From positions 1 to 5,668 of the IMG/VR virus record IMGVR_UViG_3300032116_005938: a stretch of 5,668 bases of DNA, one strand, 5' to 3'. Position 1 is the stretch's first letter. Each line of letters starts with the position of its first letter. Position numbers and translations under genes: made by a program. This stretch comes from a virus. Below, one piece after another: positions 1 through 5,237 of the stretch. Below the pieces are notes generated by a model. The model was given only the letters and a program-made list of their open reading frames with translations, did no database searches and was not told the origin of the DNA.

Positions 1-1029
1 TGTCTTTCCTATAGTTCCTTCTTTATCTATTAGATCAGATGGTACTGCATAAATATCATTAGCTTCTGGTTGAAGTACCATAAGCTTAAGTGGTTCACAA
101 GCATCAAGATCACCCACTGAACCAGCAGCTATAAACATACCTGTTGTAATCATACCACTCTGCATAGCAGGTCTCATATACTCATAAGTAAGATCCATCT
201 TTGGAGCAATCCCTCCTTCCTCATGAAAGAAATAAGTACAAGGACCACCTACACCATTTGTTGGATCTTTTTCAAAAGAGGTACCTGTAAGAATAGATCT
301 ATTTCCTTTATAAGTATCTCTTCCATTTATTCTTACTTTGATACGCTGCTGCCAAGAAAATACTTTATCAGGATCACTTGGTCTATACCAAGCAGTATGT
401 TCATTAAGAAATGTACGATACTCTGTAAGCATACGCCAAGTACCTTTCTCAGATATATAATCTTTTAGACTCGCTCCCATTTTAAGAACAGCACCTTCTT
501 CAAAGACCCACATGTTAATTAGCTTAGCTGCATGAAAATAAGAGGAAGCAATCTGACGTTTCTTTAAAATAGCAGAGTGTCTATAGTGTAGCTCAGCTAA
601 CTGTTCATAAAGAGCCATGTGATACTGAGCATCTCTTACCTTAGCAAAGTCAAACCTCTTTTCTTCTTTGTCATAAATAGGCAAGAAGTTTAACCACATA
701 TAGTAGTCTCGCGACAAATACCAAGTTTTCGTGACATTATTCACGACACTTTTTACTATTATACCACTTCTGCATCTTTTCTTTTGCTCATTCCAATAGT
801 TTATAAAGTCTTTTGTCTTTATAGGAGCTGGGCAATAGAAACCTTGTTGCTGAAACTTTTTAGCTTCAGCATTAAATATTAAAGAAGTTTCGTCAAAATC
901 ATATTGACCAGGTTCTTTAAATAAAGAAAGAACAAAGTCTCTAAACTCCTCTCTGCTATAGAAAGTAGTTAGATCCCATTGACCATTTTGATAAGTTGGT
1001 ACTTCTATATAAATATTAGATAAGGTCAC
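1..1029 (-). CDS. terL: Terminase large subunit, N-terminal ATPase domain (partial; the C-terminal part lies beyond position 1). Proposed GTG start at 1029..1027.
   Basis: My own minus-strand translation is open for all 343 codons from 1029 to 1. It reads VTLSNIYIEVPTYQNGQWDLTT...RDYYMWLNFLPIYDKEEKRFDFAKVRDAQYHMALYEQLAELHYRHSAILKKRQIASSYFHAAKLINMWVFEEG...GGPCTYFFHEEGGIAPKMDL...TTGMFIAAGSVGDLD...IGKT. There is a deviant Walker A-like KKRQIASS at 564..541, of the K-x-x-R/Q-x-G/A-x-S type with an N-terminal lysine. A Walker B / catalytic Glu-like YFFHEEGG lies around 234..211, and a coupling-motif-like AAGSVGD follows. The frame is closed by TAA at 1041..1039. There is no in-frame ATG before the conserved core, so GTG at 1029 is the only canonical start. 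Confidence 0.85.
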   Translation of the reverse strand, partial: MTLSNIYIEVPTYQNGQWDLTTFYSREEFRDFVLSLFKEPGQYDFDETSLIFNAEAKKFQQQGFYCPAPIKTKDFINYWNEQKKRCRSGIIVKSVVNNVTKTWYLSRDYYMWLNFLPIYDKEEKRFDFAKVRDAQYHMALYEQLAELHYRHSAILKKRQIASSYFHAAKLINMWVFEEGAVLKMGASLKDYISEKGTWRMLTEYRTFLNEHTAWYRPSDPDKVFSWQQRIKVRINGRDTYKGNRSILTGTSFEKDPTNGVGGPCTYFFHEEGGIAPKMDLTYEYMRPAMQSGMITTGMFIAAGSVGDLDACEPLKLMVLQPEANDIYAVPSDLIDKEGTIGKT

Positions 1030-1249
1030 TGCTTCTTGTTATTTCATGTATCATTTCTACGTCACCTTTTGATTTATGCAAAAGATCTATTAGAACGTTT
1101 AAATGTTTAGCTCTAAGAATATTATTACCCTCATAACCATTCCAATAGTTTACGTATAAGTCTCTAGGTATGGCACTCCATACATCTGCAAACGGATTGT
1201 AATGAAATACCCAGTCGTGTAAATAGCCATTTGTAATTTCTTCTTTCAT
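1016..1249 (-). CDS. Hypothetical small protein (77 aa, aromatic-rich: WVFHYNPF..W..IPR..YVNYWNGY)
   Basis: ATG-initiated ORF between tRNA-Leu and terL. It is preceded by an A-rich leader (AAAAAAATAAAC-ATG). Its TAA stop at 1018..1016 lies 11-14 nt inside the proposed terL start. I recognise no family. Confidence 0.6.
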   Translation of the reverse strand: MKEEITNGYLHDWVFHYNPFADVWSAIPRDLYVNYWNGYEGNNILRAKHLNVLIDLLHKSKGDVEMIHEITRSSDLI

Positions 1250-1265
1250 AGTTTATTTTTTTTAG

Positions 1266-1347
1266 TGCCCCATAAGAGACTCGAACTCTTATACCTTGCG
1301 GCACCAGATCCTAAGTCTGGCGTGTCTACCAATTTCACCAACGGGGC
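1266..1347 (-). tRNA. tRNA-Leu (anticodon UAG, at 1313..1311), class II, no encoded CCA
   Basis: Hand fold of the minus strand gives GCCCCGT-TG-GTG-AAATTGGTAGA-CAC-G-CCAGA-CTTAGGA-TCTGG-TGCCGCAAGGTAT-AAGAG-TTCGAGT-CTCTT-ATGGGGC-A. The acceptor stem is 7 bp with one G-U pair. The D stem is 3 bp with the Leu-type AAATTGGTAGA loop. U33 and G37 are present, the variable arm is 13 nt, the T loop is TTCGAGT and the discriminator is A73. Confidence 0.9.
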
Positions 1348-1352
1348 TATAG

Positions 1353-1423
1353 TTGCGGGGCCTAGAGTCGAACTAGGATTTCTGGGTTATGAGCCCAATG
1401 TGCTACCGTTACACCACCCCGCG
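1353..1423 (-). tRNA. Initiator tRNA-fMet (anticodon CAU, at 1391..1389), no encoded CCA
   Basis: Hand fold gives CGCGGGG-TG-GTGT-AACGGTA-GCAC-A-TTGGG-CTCATAA-CCCAG-AAAT-CCTAG-TTCGACT-CTAGG-CCCCGCA-A. It has the C1xA72 mismatch. It has three consecutive G-C pairs (GGG/CCC) next to the anticodon loop. The 5' end CGCGGGGTGG and 3' end CCCCGCAAC are the same as in E. coli tRNA-fMet. These are the established bacterial initiator hallmarks. Confidence 0.88.
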
Positions 1424-1436
1424 ATAATTATTTAAG

Positions 1437-1531
1437 CTGTAGGGGGAGGATTTGAACCTCCAAATGAGCAGGGACTCCCCGCTCCCGCCTCCGAGACTGG
1501 GAGGTGCGTCTGCCAATTTCGCCACCCTACA
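1437..1531 (-). tRNA. Atypical class II tRNA-like gene (95 nt), isotype undetermined. The anticodon position reads GUC, but the loop is non-canonical.
   Basis: Hand fold gives TGTAGGG-TG-GCG-AAATTGGCAGA-CGC-A-CCTCC-CAGTCTC-GGAGG-[CGGGAGCGGGGAGTCCCTGCTCATTT]-GGAGG-TTCAAAT-CCTCC-CCCTACA-G. The acceptor stem is a perfect 7 bp (U1-A72). The T arm is canonical and the D arm is Leu-type. The anticodon loop at 1499..1493 has A33 and U37. The 26-nt variable region forms an 8-bp helix (GAGCGGGG/CCCTGCTC) with a 3-nt loop. Nucleotide 1 directly abuts the TAA stop of the upstream CDS. Confidence 0.6.
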
Positions 1532-2044
1532 TTATTGATCATATGCTAAGTTCTGGCCACCACGTACTTGACTTTGCTGTTCTTCCTCAAGATCTCTGAG
1601 AGTTCCTTTGAAACTCTGACGTATAGCTTCAAACTTTGATGCTGCGTTAACAAGTGCCGTAATGTTACCATCTCTACCATGCTCAATCTCTGTGGTCTCC
1701 ATATATTTAGCAAGACGGTCAAGCATACTTTTAATTCCCGCATATGCTCGGTACGTTGGTGTTTCATAAAGTTTACGACACATCGTAAGCCCATTGACAA
1801 TAAGATCTTCATCAGTTGAAAACTCAGCACCAACCTCCTGAAGTATAATTTCTTCTTTTTCTGTTTCTGGTACATCAAAGAATGGGTTTAAATCTGGATT
1901 AGGACAAGTCATATAAAACAGATACGCATATATCTGTAAATATTCGGTAGGATATCCGATCATGATATCATGCAAAAACTTCAAAGTAAAACAGTGTTCA
2001 CTTGCAGTTACTTGTCCGTTTTGTATATCAAATAGTCTAATCAT
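1532..2044 (-). CDS. Hypothetical protein, 170 aa; possible terminase small subunit by position only
   Basis: ATG-initiated ORF with no competing frame of similar quality. It is the last protein gene before the tRNA cluster and terL. The C-terminal part is helical and charged (..KFEAIRQSFKGTLRDLEEEQQSQVRGGQNLAYDQ). I recognise no motif, so the functional guess rests on synteny alone. Confidence 0.75.
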   Translation of the reverse strand: MIRLFDIQNGQVTASEHCFTLKFLHDIMIGYPTEYLQIYAYLFYMTCPNPDLNPFFDVPETEKEEIILQEVGAEFSTDEDLIVNGLTMCRKLYETPTYRAYAGIKSMLDRLAKYMETTEIEHGRDGNITALVNAASKFEAIRQSFKGTLRDLEEEQQSQVRGGQNLAYDQ

Positions 2045-2660
2045 CGTTTGTCTTTATATTGTAATAATAAGAGTCTGTATCTTCACTCACCCATTTATCA
2101 GATACTGTTTCTACACTCTTTAGTTCTGTATCAACTTTTATTTCTTTTGGTTCAATTGGAAAAGATTTTGTTATCCAGTTAGAGTCTTTCCAAAAGATTC
2201 TATTGTTAGGTTGGCATAATAAATAACCATCATCTGCTACAAGTATATGCCCACACTTATAATCACTTGGTTCATCTGAGTATGAGTTCTTGTACCAGTC
2301 TACTGTAAATAAATAGGTAGCCCATATTTTAGAACCATCTCTTAAAACTACTTGGCACTTCTTCTCGTATAAATAGTCATAAGTAATAACTGATACGTTC
2401 TCACTAAAACAATCCCATAGTTGTTTAAAATGAAAAGGTACATCTGAAACAGGTTTATGTAAATATATTTCACTAATAGGTACTCTTGATCTTAACATAC
2501 CATAGTCTGTCATCAAGTGAAAGGTAAGTATCTTTCCAGAGATTGATTGTACCCCAAATAAATAAGCAGAATGAAATATATCATGATCACTCGGATCTTT
2601 TGTAAAGTATGATTGCCTTACAAGACATTTCAGATTATCTATGTTATGATTTAAAATCAT
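2037..2660 (-). CDS. Hypothetical protein, 207 aa (aromatic-rich, motif ..LLCQPNNRIFWKD..)
   Basis: ATG-initiated ORF. It is translationally coupled on both sides: a TAATG junction with the nuclease gene at 2660, and an 8-nt overlap with the next gene at 2037-2044. I cannot assign a family with confidence. Confidence 0.8.
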   Translation of the reverse strand: MILNHNIDNLKCLVRQSYFTKDPSDHDIFHSAYLFGVQSISGKILTFHLMTDYGMLRSRVPISEIYLHKPVSDVPFHFKQLWDCFSENVSVITYDYLYEKKCQVVLRDGSKIWATYLFTVDWYKNSYSDEPSDYKCGHILVADDGYLLCQPNNRIFWKDSNWITKSFPIEPKEIKVDTELKSVETVSDKWVSEDTDSYYYNIKTNDD

Positions 2661-3493
2661 TAACTCTTTGTCTTTAGTTTATGACGGTTATCTTCTAACC
2701 AATGCAAACAAGAAATAACTTCTTGCTTTAAATAAGGAAGGTCATACTGCACAATATCTTTTACTATTGGATCACCATTTGTATCAAGAGCAGTGATTGG
2801 ATTACCAAACTTATCTTTGTCTACTTCTTCAAACATAATATGATGAATTGTTAGACTTCCAAACTTTAACTTTGGGTTGTGCTTCAGTATAATAAACATG
2901 TAAAGACTTAACTGTAATGCATAGTGATTAAGATTACAATCATCAAGGTGAGTAACTGGTGCGGTCATCTTTTGAGTAATGCCTTCCCAGTTTGTATATC
3001 CTTCTACTTTAATTTCTTTGTTTGTCTTATAATCAGTAATGTGTACTTCTCCGTTTACTACTTCTACCAAATCTGACTGACCACATATACCAGCTGACTT
3101 TAGATAAACCATATGTTCTGGATACACACCATTAGAAAGCTTTTGGTTTGGAGAATATTTTATTCCTTCTCTTTCTATTGGTTTATACACAGGTATAACA
3201 GTACCATGTCTCTCCATAGTCTCTACTTCACATATGTCTCTTTCTCTACAGTTATGATACCAGGTTCCAAGAGTTGTTGCACGATTAGCTTCTGATTTCC
3301 ATGCATCCTTTATTTCTTCAGGAGTCATACCATACCATTTGCTCTTCTTGCTCTTACTTGATTTCTCTGCTATAATATCTGCTTCAAAAGGTTGTTTGAA
3401 GTTGGATATAAAAGAGGTTACACTTAACCAATTAATACCATCGGGTTCTACACTACTGTACTTGTGATGTTGTGGGGTGAATGTAATTATCAT
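2660..3493 (-). CDS. PD-(D/E)XK superfamily nuclease (RecB/Cas4-like phage exonuclease type)
   Basis: The motif order is typical of the family. It has N-terminal HHKY...LSVTSFI, then GTWYH, then an acidic core ..GQSDLVEVVNGEVHITDYKTNK (the D ... D-x-K signature). The RecB-family Q-h-x-x-Y motif follows as YALQLSLYMF. The Cas4-type C-terminal CX2CX5C cluster is absent. Confidence 0.85.
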   Translation of the reverse strand: MIITFTPQHHKYSSVEPDGINWLSVTSFISNFKQPFEADIIAEKSSKSKKSKWYGMTPEEIKDAWKSEANRATTLGTWYHNCRERDICEVETMERHGTVIPVYKPIEREGIKYSPNQKLSNGVYPEHMVYLKSAGICGQSDLVEVVNGEVHITDYKTNKEIKVEGYTNWEGITQKMTAPVTHLDDCNLNHYALQLSLYMFIILKHNPKLKFGSLTIHHIMFEEVDKDKFGNPITALDTNGDPIVKDIVQYDLPYLKQEVISCLHWLEDNRHKLKTKS

Positions 3494-3819
3494 ATACCTA
3501 GTTTACTGTTTAACATATCCTCTTCGCTCTGATCCATCTCTGCTTTCCAATGACCCTTTGGACATTCTGAACTAAGTGATCTGGTTTTAAATTTTAAAGA
3601 GCATCCGCATCCACCAAGTTCTTGATTGCAACATGGAGTAGTGCCAGGTACCATACATCCTTTATCATTCTCTGTATAAAGATCACAAAAGAAACATATC
3701 TTCATTCTTTCTTCTGCAATGGCTTCAACATCTTCTTTCTTAAATACAGAATTAGTGATCCCCTCCAGTATCTGGTTCTTGCTCTTCCATATTCTGATCA
3801 CGTTGTCTCGTAGACTCAT
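3490..3819 (-). CDS. Cysteine-rich small protein (8 Cys), putative metal-binding
   Basis: The Cys pattern is C-x2-C ... C-x7-CC-x6-CGC ... C-P-x-G-H-W (..KICFFCDLYTENDKGCMVPGTTPCCNQELGGCGCSLKFKTRSLSSECPKGHW..). The ATG at 3819 overlaps the upstream gene by 68 nt. The only alternative canonical start is Met39 at 3705. The stop overlaps the nuclease start as ATGA at 3490-3493. Confidence 0.72.
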   Translation of the reverse strand: MSLRDNVIRIWKSKNQILEGITNSVFKKEDVEAIAEERMKICFFCDLYTENDKGCMVPGTTPCCNQELGGCGCSLKFKTRSLSSECPKGHWKAEMDQSEEDMLNSKLGI

Positions 3820-4183
3820 ATGCTGTTCTTTTGTGCATTTTAATAAATTCAGCTCTTTGGTTTTCTTCTTCCATGATCTTCTTTAGATTCCTAAGATCGT
3901 AGAGAGTCTCTGCTGTTTTATAACGAGCTGTCATCTGCTGTAAACCTTTTTGTCTGTTGTTCTCTTCAAACTTTTCAAGCATTTCTATCTTGTCATCTAA
4001 CTTCCAATGTTTAATTGTAAAGTCACCAAGATTTGTTAAATGTACTCTTGAGTGTTTGAGACTACTCAGACTTTTTCTTACTTCTTGCCAGTAGTAGGAG
4101 ATAATAGCTTCGGTGGCTTCTTTTGAAAGATTTGTTTCCTTGGCTACTTCTGGTATAAACTCTTTTGATTTTTTAGGACGCAA
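3752..4183 (-). CDS. HU/IHF-like DNA-binding protein (N-terminal HU-like half plus a charged helical tail); TTG start
   Basis: Residues 9-58 (FIPEVAKETNLSKEATEAIISYYWQEVRKSLSSLKHSRVHLTNLGDFTIKH) follow the HU pattern seen in [45 protein letters not shown]. The codon at 4183..4181 is TTG. There is no in-frame ATG or GTG before the conserved region. It overlaps the upstream gene's end by 11 nt. Confidence 0.65.
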   Translation of the reverse strand: MRPKKSKEFIPEVAKETNLSKEATEAIISYYWQEVRKSLSSLKHSRVHLTNLGDFTIKHWKLDDKIEMLEKFEENNRQKGLQQMTARYKTAETLYDLRNLKKIMEEENQRAEFIKMHKRTAYESTRQRDQNMEEQEPDTGGDH

Positions 4184-4535
4184 CGCATAAGAATTTATAA
4201 TCCAGTAATATATTTCCAGAAGAGCTAACCTTCATTTCAGGATTAATATAAATTTTCTTCTTATTCTTTCCTTCCTTTTTTATCAGATTCTTTTTCTCAG
4301 CCTTGGTCAAACAATTACGCACAGACTGGGTTGAGGAAAATATCTTTTTATCAAAAGCTTTATTACAAAAACTTGTTAACTCTTGGTCTCCTTCTATAGC
4401 AAGTAGTGTGAGGCAGTTTAAGTCTGCCTCACTTACAGGTATATCATACAGATAGCAGTGCGTAAGAATCTGATACTTGACAACCTGCCAAGTATTCATT
4501 CTTACTCTTTTATCTACCTGATTAACTATTGCCAT
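4173..4535 (-). CDS. Hypothetical protein, 120 aa; possible winged-helix DNA-binding protein
   Basis: ATG-initiated ORF joined to the GNAT gene by TAATG at 4533-4537. The segment ELTSFCNKAFDKKIFSSTQSVRNCLTKAEKKNLIKKEGKNKKKIYINP resembles a recognition helix plus a basic wing. This is a weak, pattern-level call. Confidence 0.65.
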   Translation of the reverse strand: MAIVNQVDKRVRMNTWQVVKYQILTHCYLYDIPVSEADLNCLTLLAIEGDQELTSFCNKAFDKKIFSSTQSVRNCLTKAEKKNLIKKEGKNKKKIYINPEMKVSSSGNILLDYKFLCVAS

Positions 4536-4966
4536 TATAAATCTATTTTAAAGCTCATATAATCTTCCCCTGTCTTACCCCAGTTTTTGTAGAGTAATAT
4601 AGGTTCTGCTCCCAGATTTTCAAAGATGTGCCAGGATGCTCCCTTTCTTGCTTCTCCTATAAGATGTTCGTACTTCATATCCTTTGCCCACTCTAAGACG
4701 GTAGAGACAAGTTCATATCCCAAACCTTTTCCTCGGTGTGCCGGTAGTACGGTAAAACTATCTATATGAGCTACGTTGTCTGAACTCCAAGTCATAATAG
4801 CTTCTGCCATAAGTCCCTTCTTATCTCGGAACCATATACCTTGACATTCTTTATTTTCTTGGAGCATGAAAAGTTTATACTTCTCATCCCAGCGTAGTTC
4901 TTTGGGATGCTCCCGTTCAAAGACAACTGTTTCCTTGTAATCTCTGAGCTTATAGAGCGTATTCAT
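4535..4966 (-). CDS. GNAT-family N-acetyltransferase, 143 aa
   Basis: It carries the canonical acetyl-CoA-binding motif A (Q/R-x-x-G-x-G/A) in FTVLPAHRGKGLGYELVSTVLEWAK. The length and beta-alpha pattern are typical of GNAT. Its ATG directly abuts the upstream TAA (TAAATG at 4964-4969). Confidence 0.9.
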   Translation of the reverse strand: MNTLYKLRDYKETVVFEREHPKELRWDEKYKLFMLQENKECQGIWFRDKKGLMAEAIMTWSSDNVAHIDSFTVLPAHRGKGLGYELVSTVLEWAKDMKYEHLIGEARKGASWHIFENLGAEPILLYKNWGKTGEDYMSFKIDL

Positions 4967-5218
4967 TTATTTTTCTTTTTTAAGACTTCTAGAAGTTTTT
5001 GGTTCCTCGTCTTCTTCCTCTTCTTTTGGAGGAGCTGTAATTTGGGCTATGAATGAAAGAGCCTTAAGTTCCTCAGCTCTACCCACAGCTAAAGCGGTGT
5101 TTAGTTCCTGAAGCTCAAGCTGTACTCTCTTAACCTCAATTTGTTCTTGGAAGAAGTTAATGACCTCTTCTTTGCTTGGGGCCTTTTGTTCTTCTTGTTC
5201 TAAATTTTCTGTGCTCAT
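4967..5218 (-). CDS. Hypothetical acidic coiled-coil protein, 83 aa
   Basis: ATG-initiated ORF. It has a heptad-like central helix (IEVKRVQLELQELNTALAVGRAEELKAL) and an acidic tail (KEEEEDEE). It sits immediately upstream of the GNAT gene. I recognise no family. Confidence 0.6.
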   Translation of the reverse strand: MSTENLEQEEQKAPSKEEVINFFQEQIEVKRVQLELQELNTALAVGRAEELKALSFIAQITAPPKEEEEDEEPKTSRSLKKEK

Positions 5219-5237
5219 TGTTCTTTGGTTTTAATTA

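Noticed and set aside
223-468. Plus-strand 81-aa ORF from the track
   Set aside because: It lies entirely antisense to the terminase large-subunit reading frame, which has clear ATPase motifs. Its translation is low-complexity with no motifs. It is a shadow ORF.
1016-1041. Programmed +1 frameshift fusing the 77-aa ORF to the terminase large subunit
   Set aside because: terL is in the +1 frame relative to the 77-aa ORF, and both frames are open over 1016-1038. However, the sequence (..AGC AGT GAC CTT ATC TAA T..) has no slippery or re-pairing site of the CUU-U type. A GTG start is available, and the 77-aa sequence does not look like a terminase N-terminus.
1266-1531. Suppressor tRNA / stop-codon recoding, as in some recoded Bacteroidota phages
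   Set aside because: None of the three anticodon loops contains CUA, UCA or UUA at positions 34-36. All genes in the window are intact and gap-free under the standard code.
1437-1531. tRNA-Sec interpretation of the long-armed tRNA
   Set aside because: The long extra arm and G73 are reminiscent of tRNA-Sec. However, the acceptor stem is 7 bp rather than 8, the D arm is a 3-bp Leu type, and there is no UCA anticodon. No alternative fold places one in a 7-nt loop.
1546-1878. Minus-strand 110-aa ORF in an alternative frame
   Set aside because: It is fully nested in the 170-aa ORF (1532..2044) in another frame. Its composition is lysine- and arginine-rich, as expected from out-of-frame reading of AT-rich coding DNA. 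Nothing indicates a genuine overprinted gene.
3113-3295. Plus-strand 60-aa ORF
   Set aside because: It is antisense to the core of the PD-(D/E)XK nuclease gene. Its sequence is hydrophobic and low-complexity. It is a shadow ORF.
3622-3813. Plus-strand 63-aa ORF
   Set aside because: It is antisense to the Cys-rich gene and the tail of the HU-like gene. It has no start context or motifs. It is a shadow ORF.
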